Below, piece by piece: positions 7,951-17,911 of a stretch of DNA of 47,088 nt. Source of the stretch: a virus (taxonomy: Duplodnaviria > Caudoviricetes); the IMG/VR virus record IMGVR_UViG_3300014613_000035, positions 1-47,088 of that record; one strand, given 5' to 3'. Below the pieces are notes generated by a model. The model did no database searches, was not told the DNA's origin, and worked only from the letters and a program-made list of their open reading frames with translations. A program made the translations under genes and the position numbers. Positions within the stretch are counted from its first letter, which is position 1, and the number at the start of each line of letters is the position of its first letter.

Positions 7951-8115
7951 ATGTCTGAGGCACTCACAGATAGTCTCCAGAGTATTTACCAGAACTTAGA
8001 GTTTGCAGTTGAAGGTATCGTATCAGGTAAGTGTAAATCTGAAGGTGTTGTATACCTCGAAGAGGCTATGGAAGAGCTGTCTAAGATTATAATTAATCTA
8101 AAAGCCGACAAATAA
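7951..8115 (+). CDS. 54-aa hypothetical protein (not in ORF track)
   Basis: MSEALTDSLQSIYQNLEF...KADK fills the intergenic gap. Confidence 0.5.
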   Translation: MSEALTDSLQSIYQNLEFAVEGIVSGKCKSEGVVYLEEAMEELSKIIINLKADK

Positions 8116-8148
8116 GTCTATCCAGTAATTTATACTCAGAGGTGAGTT

Positions 8149-8376
8149 ATGTCTGAAGACAAATTGACACATGATATAGAATTAGTTCTGGAGGGAGAAA
8201 ATATAAATCTTCCTGTTGGCAGTGGGTTTTACCCTTCGGAGGCTGAGGAGCCTTATTTTGTAGTTCGTAGTCGTAGTTGTTCTCAATCTATAGCATTTCC
8301 TTTGTCTCAGTTGGTAGCTGCTGTGGAGGAACGAGGTCTGGGGATTTCAATTCAATTGAAGAAGGTTGTAGAATGA
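8149..8376 (+). CDS. hypothetical protein
   Basis: gaggtg RBS, preceded by AGTAATTTATA. Confidence 0.65.
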   Translation: MSEDKLTHDIELVLEGENINLPVGSGFYPSEAEEPYFVVRSRSCSQSIAFPLSQLVAAVEERGLGISIQLKKVVE

Positions 8377-8528
8377 CGTACTTAAAAATAAAGTGTGATC
8401 AATGCAATGGTGATAAAATTAACTATATTCCTGGAGCTATTCAAGGGGTGGTTTTAGTTTTTACATGCCCAGCATGTGGTGGAAAAGGGTATCAGGTTTT
8501 AAAGTTCAAAAAGGTGGGGGAAGAATGA
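8373..8528 (+). CDS. small DnaJ-like Zn-finger protein
   Basis: CDQCNG...CPACGGKG; ATGA overlaps on both sides. Confidence 0.6.
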   Translation: MTYLKIKCDQCNGDKINYIPGAIQGVVLVFTCPACGGKGYQVLKFKKVGEE

Positions 8529-9277
8529 GTGATCTAAAAATAAAAGTTTCGCCAGGACCAGAATTTATAGAAGAGATATGGGAAGACGGTATTTTCGTAG
8601 CTAGGACATATTATTATTATTTCAATGCTCAAGAATGGCCTCACACGGTTATTGATTTTGAATTTTCTAGTGACCTTGGGGTAGTTAATGTTACGGTTGA
8701 GGGTACGCTTTTTCAAGATCCAAGATACGATCATACAGATTGTCCATATACTGATGTAACGAACGAAATATTTGGAAAACCTCAGTTTGTAAATGTGGGT
8801 ACGTTAAATGACGAGGCAGAAAAACTGTCGATTTTTAGATATACAAGGATAAAGGTTGTTGTTGATACTGGTGGTGAAGATATTGTTGTTGGAAAAATAC
8901 ATTACAAAGGATTGCCAACTGGGTTACCTAAAGCTTTAAAGAGGATTGAAGAGTTAGAGCAAGCACTTCTCTTTTATGCAGATCCTGAAACTTATTTTGC
9001 CATGTCATTTATGGTGCTTTCCGATGTATTAAATGGAGATACTGGTGATGCAAAGGTAGGAATAGTTGTAGATCCTCCTTGCGGAGAGTTTATTAATGAT
9101 GTTTCATTATGTGATAATCGTTTTCGGCCTGGTAAATTAGCTAGGAAGACAATGGGCATAGGTTGTTATATTCTTAATAACCCAGGTAACGTCTTCCCCA
9201 CGTCTAAAGACGGGGGCTTTCTCCAGCGAGAGGCTGACGTTCCAGCCCGACAGAAAGGATATTTAACGCAGCGTTAA
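8525..9277 (+). CDS. two-domain hypothetical protein; C-terminus altered by IS insertion
   Basis: N-domain resembles 24462..24899; the last ~30 codons read into the IS right end. Confidence 0.6.
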   Translation: MSDLKIKVSPGPEFIEEIWEDGIFVARTYYYYFNAQEWPHTVIDFEFSSDLGVVNVTVEGTLFQDPRYDHTDCPYTDVTNEIFGKPQFVNVGTLNDEAEKLSIFRYTRIKVVVDTGGEDIVVGKIHYKGLPTGLPKALKRIEELEQALLFYADPETYFAMSFMVLSDVLNGDTGDAKVGIVVDPPCGEFINDVSLCDNRFRPGKLARKTMGIGCYILNNPGNVFPTSKDGGFLQREADVPARQKGYLTQR

Positions 9278-9652
9278 CATCACGATCATGCAAAACACCG
9301 CAATCACATATCCACTGTCTTATTCCAAGCATTTTTCGACCGCAAGGCCGCTGTTCACTGGTACGAGACCCGCAAACAAAACATGTTTGGGTAGTCCATG
9401 CTTCGTTGACGACAAGAAACGTTGCATTGACTCGGTATTTGTACGTAGCAATCATAATTTTAAAAGCGCTCTCCAAACCACGTTTGAACCCGCAAAGGCT
9501 GTGGCCGGGGAGCATAATTTTCAAAGTTGCTTTGTTTATGCGGGTTCAAAGCTTCAAGCTGAATATCCCATTGATGCAACCAGTTGTCAACAAGAAAGGA
9601 GCGGCGATTCATCCCCATGGATAAATCCAGGGGTATCCTCGCCTGAAATTTG
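9186..9652 (-). mobile_element. non-autonomous IS200/IS605-family element with internally deleted tnpB
   Basis: Left end nearly identical to 29903-29976; subterminal hairpins at both ends; right end TTAC; flanking TTCAT. Confidence 0.85.
9204..9455 (-). pseudogene. tnpB: tnpB remnant (N-terminal MIATYKYRV joined to Zn finger and RuvC-III)
   Basis: VNEAWTTQTCFVCG..WICDCGVLHDRDVNAALNIL; RuvC-I/II and the REC/WED region are missing. Confidence 0.8.
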
Positions 9653-9871
9653 ATGAATAATAAAATAAAGTGTTATCCCATAACAGGACATTCATCATGT
9701 AAACACGGGTTATATAAAACTGGTTGTACAGCCTGTGATGGTACAGGGATACAAAAGGTACCTTATGGCAGCATACCAGGACAAATAACAACAGGTGTTT
9801 GTGGATGGTGTCATGGTGCTGGGTATCGATGGGAGCCAATAGAGAAAGAAGGGAACACCCCCAAGGAGTAG
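9653..9871 (+). CDS. small Zn-finger protein
   Basis: CTACDGTG...CGWCHGAG; ATG 9653 abuts the IS left end. Confidence 0.65.
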   Translation: MNNKIKCYPITGHSSCKHGLYKTGCTACDGTGIQKVPYGSIPGQITTGVCGWCHGAGYRWEPIEKEGNTPKE

Positions 9872-9875
9872 AGAA

Positions 9876-10283
9876 ATGAAAGCATCACAATTAAGAGATA
9901 TGGCAGCAAATGGATCTGCCCAAAGATCTGCTGATAATTGGGCAACAATTACAAGTAAAAATGGTAAAGAACAAAGGATGGAACTGGATGATATTGTTGA
10001 TGATTGGGCAGTATTGTGTAGGCAAAATGCCGCCCTTGAAGCAGAAGCTAAACGATATAGGATGCACATAACTGAAAAGCGTTATGTCAATGCATGTCCA
10101 GATAATGAACTACCCATAAGGATTTTAGAAGCTCATCTTGATTATTCAGAAGTATCAGATAACCTTGAAGGTTTAGAGCCAACTAATTGGGTATGTAAAG
10201 AGATGAATGAAGCTCAAAAGAAGAGAAATGAAATATTGGAAAGTGTAATAGGGCATTTGAAGGGATGGAGAGATGAACGATAA
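9876..10283 (+). CDS. hypothetical protein
   Basis: aaggag RBS. Confidence 0.7.
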   Translation: MKASQLRDMAANGSAQRSADNWATITSKNGKEQRMELDDIVDDWAVLCRQNAALEAEAKRYRMHITEKRYVNACPDNELPIRILEAHLDYSEVSDNLEGLEPTNWVCKEMNEAQKKRNEILESVIGHLKGWRDER

Positions 10284-10647
10284 AATTAATCCTCGAATAG
10301 TGGATGGTGAGCCTGTGTGTAACAGTGAATGTTATAGGTATCATGATAACCCTCCTTGCTGGGTTAACACAGTACATAGTAGACATGCAATTTGCATCCC
10401 TGGCCTACGCCAACAGCGTGATGAAGCTCTAGAGCAAGTTAAGCTAGAAATAAAGGGTCGTGATTCAGCAATTCACCATGGTATCAATCTAGAGGAGCAC
10501 CTCGACGCGGCCAGGAGGGAGTTGTGTGAATTAGAAAGTAGTTTTTTACAACACCCTAAACCTGATATGTCATCTAAAGAAATAGCTAAACAGCGTGGTT
10601 GGGACTACCTATTTGAAAGCGAAGATAATGACAGTAGATCTAAATAA
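10273..10647 (+). CDS. hypothetical Cys-rich protein, paralog of 2871..3227
   Basis: DGEPVC, CIPGLRQQRDEA, KQRGWD. Confidence 0.7.
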   Translation: MNDKINPRIVDGEPVCNSECYRYHDNPPCWVNTVHSRHAICIPGLRQQRDEALEQVKLEIKGRDSAIHHGINLEEHLDAARRELCELESSFLQHPKPDMSSKEIAKQRGWDYLFESEDNDSRSK

Positions 10648-11413
10648 CAGATGCAAGATATGTAACCTTATTAAAGTTGACCAAAAACTTTGGGTCGAGG
10701 TTCACAATAAAGTTATTGATGAAGGTGTTTCACATTCTGTAGTATGCAGGTGGTTGAATACCCGAGCGGATATGTTGAATGCCAGTAAGCCCGATTCTTT
10801 AACGAAGTTCAACAATGCTAACTTCACCAATCACTTCAAGAACCATATATCGGATTTAGATATGATGACATCAGAGCTAAAGAAGTATGTCTCTTCGAGA
10901 CCTCGGGAGACAATAGCTTTTGATGAGACGCAGAAAGCTCTGGCGGATTCGATAGCCCAAATATCTCGAAGGAACAGTTACGCCAAGATAGGTGATATGA
11001 TCGATATGATGGAGGAGAATCTTGATTTTTATAGTACTAGTATTAGAGAGAAACGGGATAAGGATATAGAGAAAGGCAAAACTCCACAAGTAAATACTGT
11101 AGAGATAGAGAATTATAGTAAGTTCGTGTCTGATCTGATCTCTGCCAAGCAAAATCTTTTGAAACTTAAGAATACTGAACAAACTACTATGATGGCTGTG
11201 GAAGCTGCTGTAGAATCTATAATTGAGGGTATAGCGGTTAGAGTAATTAACGTTGCTGATGAGGTAAAGAATATCCTAGAGGCTGAGATGAGCGAGCAGA
11301 CATCTTTACCCAAGCAGGTGTCTCAGACAATAAAGGCCAGGTTTAGTGGAGAGATGAGAGGGCTCGTGAAAGAAGCTATGGATCTGGTTAAGACTAATTA
11401 TGGGGTGAAATAA
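10628..11413 (+). CDS. putative terminase small subunit
   Basis: N-terminal CKIC...HFKNH helical DNA-binding-like domain and coiled coil, upstream of the large terminase (inference). Confidence 0.5.
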   Translation: MTVDLNNRCKICNLIKVDQKLWVEVHNKVIDEGVSHSVVCRWLNTRADMLNASKPDSLTKFNNANFTNHFKNHISDLDMMTSELKKYVSSRPRETIAFDETQKALADSIAQISRRNSYAKIGDMIDMMEENLDFYSTSIREKRDKDIEKGKTPQVNTVEIENYSKFVSDLISAKQNLLKLKNTEQTTMMAVEAAVESIIEGIAVRVINVADEVKNILEAEMSEQTSLPKQVSQTIKARFSGEMRGLVKEAMDLVKTNYGVK

Positions 11414-11607
11414 TGCCAAAATATGTATATCCTGAAAAAGAACCTAAGATTGAGAAAGTAGTAGCCGAGCTGGTAATAACTGAGCGCGAAGCTGCTGAGT
11501 TGTTGGGTGTAGACCATAAGGAAGTTTATTTCAGGGTGGTACATGAGCTAACAATAGAGAGACCTCCGTGGGCAGTTGTGAGGCTCCAGGCAATTAAGAG
11601 AGGATAA
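11413..11607 (+). CDS. hypothetical protein
   Basis: TAATG coupling. Confidence 0.6.
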   Translation: MPKYVYPEKEPKIEKVVAELVITEREAAELLGVDHKEVYFRVVHELTIERPPWAVVRLQAIKRG

Positions 11608-11608
11608 A

Positions 11609-11890
11609 GTGATGTCAGTTTTAAAAACATTTGCTATGGATAGGCTTCTCAGGAATGAGCAGGGTCTTGCAGCAGGTCGAGCAGTCCTGGCTAAAGACTA
11701 TGAGCCCGATCATGATATAGCTATTGCTGTCCTGGAGGTATTCAAGGGGATTCCTGCAACAGTGAAGAACTCAATCTTCTATGTAGATGGAACTAAATAT
11801 AAGGTGCCTGCTGATCTTCCAGATGTTAAGATAACTATGAGTAGAGGTAAATTGTTGTTAAACAATTTTTATCTGGTTAAGGTTGATTAA
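11609..11890 (+). CDS. hypothetical protein
   Basis: gaggat RBS. Confidence 0.6.
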   Translation: MMSVLKTFAMDRLLRNEQGLAAGRAVLAKDYEPDHDIAIAVLEVFKGIPATVKNSIFYVDGTKYKVPADLPDVKITMSRGKLLLNNFYLVKVD

Positions 11891-12168
11891 TGGATAAGAC
11901 TAAAGCAATGAAGCTTCAAAAGTGGTTTTTCCGATATGGAATAACTAAAGCACAGATAACACTTATGGAGTTTTATAGATTCAGCTCCGATGTGGAGAAA
12001 AGATATGTTTGGCAAATATTCATTGAGTCTATAAATAAAATTTACAAGAAGGGTTACAAGGATGGTTTTGAGAAAGGTAAAGATTTACAATTAAAGAGAT
12101 GTTCTCGTACTCATATACCTAATCCTATTTTGAATTATTTAGAAGAGTTTAATGTCAGACAAGATTAA
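11890..12168 (+). CDS. hypothetical protein
   Basis: TAATG coupling. Confidence 0.55.
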   Translation: MDKTKAMKLQKWFFRYGITKAQITLMEFYRFSSDVEKRYVWQIFIESINKIYKKGYKDGFEKGKDLQLKRCSRTHIPNPILNYLEEFNVRQD

Positions 12169-14434
12169 ACCTAATCCTATCTATTTTTCTGATGAACCTG
12201 TCATAGAAGTAGTAGGGGAGAACGGTTTAGATTCCAGAATAGATTCTATTTTATCTCGGTTAGGTGCAGATGCAGTCAGTAGCGATAAAGAGTTCCAGTA
12301 TCTCAGTAAGCCAGCTCCTAACATTATAGAATGGGTAACTAGTGTTGAATACTGGAACGTTCCTTCTACATTTCAGTATTGGGGTCAATATCAGATTCTT
12401 CGAGATTTCTTTAACTTAAGATGTAGGGTTTGTAATTCCCAACATCCAGATAAGGTTGATTGTTGGGGTAAATCCAGAGCATATCTGGAGTCCGAGGTCC
12501 TCTTAGTTTGGAGTTCAGAGTATCAAGATTTTGTATGTCCCAAGTGTGGGACGACTATGCAGGAATTCATTAGTGACGGTATTGTTATACCTTATAACGA
12601 ATTGGTAACAATCATCGGGATGCGTGGAGGTAAGTCCTACACAGGTGCTCATATAGGTGGGTATCTTGAGCATGTAGCTATTACTTTAGGTATCGAGAAA
12701 CCTGGAGCATTGCAAAGGAGGCTCGCTCAGGAGAAGTCCGAGACATTTGAAATTAACTTTGTAGCATCCACCGAGAAGCAGGCGAAGAAAACTATTTACG
12801 CCAAGTTCAGGCAGATGCGTAGGAATTCTCCTTATATAAATCGTTATATGAATTGGATTAAGCGTAAGGAGCGGGCGCAGGTAGGTGTAGAAGATCCTTG
12901 GAGGTATGCTGTAACAGAAGAAGAAATTTCAGATGGTTATCTACAATTAAGGTTAAACAAGCTGTCTTCTGATTCGGCGGGTATCGCTGGAGCTACCAGG
13001 TTAGGTGCTTTTCTCGATGAGTGGGCAAGGTTAATAGATACCGAGGGTACGAGATCTGCACAAGAGTTACATAGAGTTTTGAATGCTGGTCTGAAGACTA
13101 TTAGAACAGCGGCAATGCTGGACCTAACTATTCCATTCTTTTTAGGTTCTTTAATTGGTATTACTTCGGCGGTGGCTGCTGATGATCCTGCTATGCAGAC
13201 CTATGAGAAGGCTAAGAGGGGGATTCTAAAAAAGACGTATGCTGTAAAGAAAGCTACCTGGGAGTTTAACCCATTTCAACCTCGAAGTGCATTTGATGAG
13301 GAGTTCGAGCGAGATGCTGTAGCTGCGGACAGAGACTTCGGGTCCAATCCTCCAGCGGCTGCTACACCATTTATTGAGGATAAGCTCAGGTTCTGGAAGG
13401 CTATTGACTGGGAGAAGAGGCCAATAGCTACGTTTATAAACACTTACCCAACTGATCCTACTGGAAGGGAATATGTAGGAGTAGATTTAGGTCATTGCAA
13501 GTTAGACGCGGTTAATTCTCATTATATATTTGGTGATGCTGGGTCATCATTTGATACATTCTCGCTGGCGTGCGGGCATGCAAGATGGGTTTCTATTGGA
13601 GATCTCGAAGGTGGGTTAGGTGGTGATGGTTCTATACTTGATACATCTGGAAGGATTATGCCGATGAATGTAGAGGGGGTTATTTGGCCTGAGGAGATAG
13701 GGACATTTGTTAGGCCGGATAGAGGTGCTGATGCTGAATTTTTAGATAGAATGCATCATGAACGTGTAAGGATGTTGAGGTATGGAAGTGCAACGCCGAT
13801 TAGCGGGAGACCTTATGAGCATAAAGATGAGGTTTTATGTACGGAAGTAGACTTTTGTGTACGGATCATTCCAGAAGAAGGTAGGAATATCTGGTTTGAT
13901 TCTATAATTAACATTATAGAAAAGCTTCATAGGCAGATAAAAATTGGTACGGTCTGCTTTGATAGGTGGAATTCTGTATCTACAATCCAGCAGATAAGAA
14001 GTATGGGTATCCATTCTTATGAAGTAACCTTGAAGATAGACGATTTCTTGAAATTTCGGGATATGGTTTATAACGGCAGAGTATTTATGCTACCTCCAGA
14101 GGATGATGATTTGGTTAATGTGGATGAAGATGGGAGTCTTCATATGGGCGTACCACAAGAGCATATGTCCGGTCACGGGGTTGCTTTAGTTGAAATGATG
14201 AAATTGAGTCGAAGTCCAGATCTCAAACGGGTTTATAATATGCATAAAGGTAAAGTTAGAGGTAGGGACAGTGATGATATTGCCCGATGTGTTATTGGGC
14301 TTCATCATATAATTCAGGGTAGTATAGTTGATGCGATGGCAGATCAAAAAAAGAAAAAGAATGTTCGAAGAAGGCTTGCAGCTAATGAAAATCCTATGTC
14401 AGGGAACATTTATAGGGGGCGAGGTCAGTCTTAA
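12152..14434 (+). CDS. terL: terminase large subunit
   Basis: Walker A GMRGGKS, Walker B AFLDEW, coupling motif ITSA, nuclease acidic motifs IFGDAG, CFDRWNS, DSDDIA. Confidence 0.9.
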   Translation: MSDKIKPNPIYFSDEPVIEVVGENGLDSRIDSILSRLGADAVSSDKEFQYLSKPAPNIIEWVTSVEYWNVPSTFQYWGQYQILRDFFNLRCRVCNSQHPDKVDCWGKSRAYLESEVLLVWSSEYQDFVCPKCGTTMQEFISDGIVIPYNELVTIIGMRGGKSYTGAHIGGYLEHVAITLGIEKPGALQRRLAQEKSETFEINFVASTEKQAKKTIYAKFRQMRRNSPYINRYMNWIKRKERAQVGVEDPWRYAVTEEEISDGYLQLRLNKLSSDSAGIAGATRLGAFLDEWARLIDTEGTRSAQELHRVLNAGLKTIRTAAMLDLTIPFFLGSLIGITSAVAADDPAMQTYEKAKRGILKKTYAVKKATWEFNPFQPRSAFDEEFERDAVAADRDFGSNPPAAATPFIEDKLRFWKAIDWEKRPIATFINTYPTDPTGREYVGVDLGHCKLDAVNSHYIFGDAGSSFDTFSLACGHARWVSIGDLEGGLGGDGSILDTSGRIMPMNVEGVIWPEEIGTFVRPDRGADAEFLDRMHHERVRMLRYGSATPISGRPYEHKDEVLCTEVDFCVRIIPEEGRNIWFDSIINIIEKLHRQIKIGTVCFDRWNSVSTIQQIRSMGIHSYEVTLKIDDFLKFRDMVYNGRVFMLPPEDDDLVNVDEDGSLHMGVPQEHMSGHGVALVEMMKLSRSPDLKRVYNMHKGKVRGRDSDDIARCVIGLHHIIQGSIVDAMADQKKKKNVRRRLAANENPMSGNIYRGRGQS

Positions 14435-14595
14435 TGGTTAAGAAAAAAAGAATCAAAGATCCTATAATTATTGATAAAAAGGTCAAAATTCCTATAGAAG
14501 TTCTTAATAAAACCCCAGAATGTTATGGAGATAAGGATGATTGCTGTCGAGAAGAGCTTTGTGGAGAGTGGTTCGAATCCTGCAAAAAACATTAA
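14434..14595 (+). CDS. 53-aa Cys-rich protein (not in ORF track)
   Basis: TAATG coupling; PECYGDKDDCCREELCGEWFESC. Confidence 0.5.
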   Translation: MVKKKRIKDPIIIDKKVKIPIEVLNKTPECYGDKDDCCREELCGEWFESCKKH

Positions 14596-14663
14596 TAGTT
14601 AAAGATTCCTACATTCATGCGTTTAAAATCAATTACTAGTATTAGAGTAGAAGGGATAACTGT

Positions 14664-15968
14664 ATGATAACGCTAACCGATGCCATTGAACGTGCTAAAT
14701 TGTCCGCTGATGAAGGCGGCATTCTAAGTCAGACTTTTTACAATATGCTTATGAATCAAATTGATGAGAAGGATGTGCATCCTTTGACAATGGCTTTGGT
14801 AGAGAATGGAATAATGGTTCGGACGAGTTCTTTAACTAGAGGGGCTATAGCGGCTCGCAGGAGGGCTCTTTACTGGGATGTGGACGAGAATGCTACTCCG
14901 TATGTAGAAGACGAAGCAGCAGTAGCGGAGATGTTCCCTGAAGAGATTCCAGAGGACATGTCCGAAGTTCGAGAAGTACTAGAGAATGCTGGGATAGCTG
15001 TTTCTCCAGATGGTACTGTATCTTTTTATAAGACTAACATTCCAGGGATATACACAGATAAACTTCCACAAGCTTTACCTTTATCGACGGCTATAAGCTT
15101 ATGGGAGCAGAAGTTAGAGATAGCAGATGGTGAGAAGGCCCGAGTAAAGAATATTCAGGATTCTCTTGCTAGACTTAAGGCTCAAGTTGATGAGAGAGTC
15201 AGGACAGGCAAGTCTCCTAAAATTTCAGAGATAGGAGCTTCTCTAACTGAATTGGAGGAGTACGGTTTCGATCCAAGATCTAGATCTGAAATAACCAAAG
15301 GAATTAGTGGTGTTATAGAGAATGTTTTTGAGACAGTTATGGGTAATAACTGGATGGGTGCTGTTACAGCAATCGATGAGGCCCAAGAAGTACTGAATGA
15401 GTATATAAGTGGGCAGGATTCTGATTATAATAATGATTTATATGTTTGGGATGCTTTGGATAAGTTAGTGCAGCTCCAGGAATCTGATCCTGCAGCCTTC
15501 GAGAAATCCGTTGGAGGTTTAGGTGGTTTAGCCGCTAGGTTATATGCAGCATTTATAAAGAATGCTCAAGAAGCTTCTGCAACTTTGTTACTGGATCTCA
15601 ATCTTGGGGAGTTTACCGAATTTGCAAGAGGTCTTGCAGAAGAGTTTAATGTTAATGAATCTCCTGATGAGTTTGTAGATTCGCTTGTTAATAATGAATA
15701 TGAATGGATGGCTGGTGCAATTCCTAATTTGCTGGAGACTGGGTTACTGCCAGGTGTATCCAATATCGAGATAGAGTTTAATGATAGTGATAATTATGGT
15801 GCTTTCGAAGATGAATTAGGAGGATCTATTCCTTCTGGAGATTCTGATGAGCGTGGATCGATACCATTAGAAATGGAACCTGATGAAGTGGGTACGTTAT
15901 TTGATGTTATTAAGGATTATGTAAGAAGTATAGTAGCAGAAGATAAAGAGCGGGGATACCTGGAATAG
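14664..15968 (+). CDS. acidic hypothetical protein (possible internal head protein)
   Basis: 434 aa, D/E-rich blocks separated by short basic linkers. Confidence 0.65.
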   Translation: MITLTDAIERAKLSADEGGILSQTFYNMLMNQIDEKDVHPLTMALVENGIMVRTSSLTRGAIAARRRALYWDVDENATPYVEDEAAVAEMFPEEIPEDMSEVREVLENAGIAVSPDGTVSFYKTNIPGIYTDKLPQALPLSTAISLWEQKLEIADGEKARVKNIQDSLARLKAQVDERVRTGKSPKISEIGASLTELEEYGFDPRSRSEITKGISGVIENVFETVMGNNWMGAVTAIDEAQEVLNEYISGQDSDYNNDLYVWDALDKLVQLQESDPAAFEKSVGGLGGLAARLYAAFIKNAQEASATLLLDLNLGEFTEFARGLAEEFNVNESPDEFVDSLVNNEYEWMAGAIPNLLETGLLPGVSNIEIEFNDSDNYGAFEDELGGSIPSGDSDERGSIPLEMEPDEVGTLFDVIKDYVRSIVAEDKERGYLE

Positions 15969-15970
15969 TT

Positions 15971-16579
15971 ATGCATAATTCTTTTCATAGAGTTGCTGCT
16001 GATATTAATCTTTATGTGTATGTAGGGACTGGTTTTATCCAGGAGGCCATTGTTGATTTGGTTTCTGCGAAAGGCGAAACTTATAATGAGTCATTAGCAG
16101 ATCAGGTTCTAGAAGAAGCCTTGATGTACAGGGACGTTCTAGAAAGCCAGATAGTTCAAGAGGGTTGGGCAGATGCTGCTGCCATTGAATTTACTCAATC
16201 ATATGATATTAGCGGAACAATTGAGTATGAAGGTGAAGATACTCCTCTAGATGGAGGGGAGATAGCTGAGCTTGAGCAGATCGTCGAAGACTGGCTATCT
16301 CCATTTATCGACGAAGCAATTGATGTAGCTGGTGTAGAGGAGTTGATCTGGATTCCTGTAGATAGTAGCAATGTTAAAGCTTTCGCCTACGATCAAGACA
16401 ATCGCTTCTTTTATGTTGAGTTTTTACCTTCTGGAAGAGGTGCATTTTCTGAGGGATCTGTTTATGTATACCACGGTGTAGAACCTGAGGTATATAGTCA
16501 GGCTCTTCAAGCGCCTTCGGCTGGAAAGTTCGTGTGGCAATTCTTGAGAGATCGCTATGATTACGACAGGTTAAGTTAG
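15971..16579 (+). CDS. acidic N-domain plus KTSC domain protein
   Basis: PVDSSNVKAFAYD..YVEF..VYVYHGVEPEVY..APSAGKF..RDRY. Confidence 0.8.
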   Translation: MHNSFHRVAADINLYVYVGTGFIQEAIVDLVSAKGETYNESLADQVLEEALMYRDVLESQIVQEGWADAAAIEFTQSYDISGTIEYEGEDTPLDGGEIAELEQIVEDWLSPFIDEAIDVAGVEELIWIPVDSSNVKAFAYDQDNRFFYVEFLPSGRGAFSEGSVYVYHGVEPEVYSQALQAPSAGKFVWQFLRDRYDYDRLS

Positions 16580-17902
16580 ATGGCAGAGTCTAGTAAAATA
16601 TGTCCTAAATGTAGCAAGGCCAAAAGTCGTGTTGATTTTTCTAAAAATAAGTCTAAGAAAGATGGGTTGAGTGATTGGTGTAAGGTGTGCAGTAGCGAAT
16701 ACTCTGGGGAGTATCGTGATAAAAATAAAGATAGTTTGGCTACTAAAAGTAAAGAGTACCGTGAAAAGAATAAGGAGATTTTAGCTAAAAAAGATAAAGA
16801 GCGCAATAAGAGAGATGCTAAAAAGATAGCAGCTAGAAAAAAGATATATAATGAAAAGAATAGGGAGATAATTGCAGTTAAAAGAAGAGAAGCTTATTTA
16901 AAACGAAAAAGTATGCGTATTAAACGTATGCCAATTCGATTTCCTGGTATTAAATTTTGTACTAACTGTAAAGAAGAAAAGACTCCTGAAGATTTTCATA
17001 ATGATAAAAACACCAAGGATGGTAAGTGCTCTATCTGTGCTGAATGTAATAAAAAGCGTTCAAACGCTTACCATCTTAAAAATCGAGTGATAAGACCTCA
17101 GCCAATAAGATTTGCAGATATTAAATTTTGTCCAAAGTGTAAAGAAGAAAAATCTGAAGGGAAATTTGGAACAACCAAAAAAGGTAAGTTACGTTCTTGG
17201 TGTAATTCTTGTTTAGCGGAAGATGCTCGAATTCGAAGAGCTAATGATATTAGACCTAAAAAAGAATATCTTCCTCGGATGGAAGGCAGTAAAGAATGTT
17301 CTAAGTGTGCTATAAATAAAGAGATTACACTATTTCATGTAAATAAAAGTGCTACAGATGGAAGATGCTCACAATGTATTGAGTGTGTTAAGGAGTATGG
17401 TTCTGAGTATAGTGAGAAAAATAGGGAAAAAATTAGAAGAAGATCTGCAGAATGGTATGAAAATAATTTAGATTATGTTTTAGTTAGACAAAGAGAAAAA
17501 TATCATAATGATCCAGAGTTTAAGCTGAGTATTACTCTGAGACATATTACTTCTAGAGTAGCTAACGGCCAGAAAGCAGGTTCCTTTGTGGAGGATTTAG
17601 GTTGCTCTATTTCAGAATGTAGAATGTATCTAGAATTTCAATTCTACGCCAATTCGGAAACTGGCGAGGAGATGATTTGGGATAATCAAGGTAAAGGTAA
17701 AGGAAGCTGGCAGATCCACCATATTAAACCTTTAGCTTTTTTTGACTTAACAATTAGAGAACAATTCTTAGAGGCAGCTCACTATACGAATTTAAAACCT
17801 TTATGGCATAAAGACCATGTTAAAGAGCATTATAGGTTACGCTCTTTAGCCATAATACGAAAGACAGCATACAACCAAGACCAATCTTATATATTTTACT
17901 AG
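16580..17902 (+). CDS. HNH homing endonuclease with four Zn-finger repeats
   Basis: Repeated KxCxxC..KDG..CxxC; LGCS..WDN.G..WQIHHIKP..FDL..HYTNLKPLW. Confidence 0.8.
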   Translation: MAESSKICPKCSKAKSRVDFSKNKSKKDGLSDWCKVCSSEYSGEYRDKNKDSLATKSKEYREKNKEILAKKDKERNKRDAKKIAARKKIYNEKNREIIAVKRREAYLKRKSMRIKRMPIRFPGIKFCTNCKEEKTPEDFHNDKNTKDGKCSICAECNKKRSNAYHLKNRVIRPQPIRFADIKFCPKCKEEKSEGKFGTTKKGKLRSWCNSCLAEDARIRRANDIRPKKEYLPRMEGSKECSKCAINKEITLFHVNKSATDGRCSQCIECVKEYGSEYSEKNREKIRRRSAEWYENNLDYVLVRQREKYHNDPEFKLSITLRHITSRVANGQKAGSFVEDLGCSISECRMYLEFQFYANSETGEEMIWDNQGKGKGSWQIHHIKPLAFFDLTIREQFLEAAHYTNLKPLWHKDHVKEHYRLRSLAIIRKTAYNQDQSYIFY

Positions 17903-17911
17903 GAGAATTCA

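Noticed and set aside
12152-14434. Intein in the terminase (Cys-rich and C-terminal insertions)
   Set aside because: No intein splice-junction or LAGLIDADG motifs recognised
14565-14590. tRNA T-loop-like GGTTCGAATCC
   Set aside because: No acceptor stem or CCA; lies within a coupled small ORF
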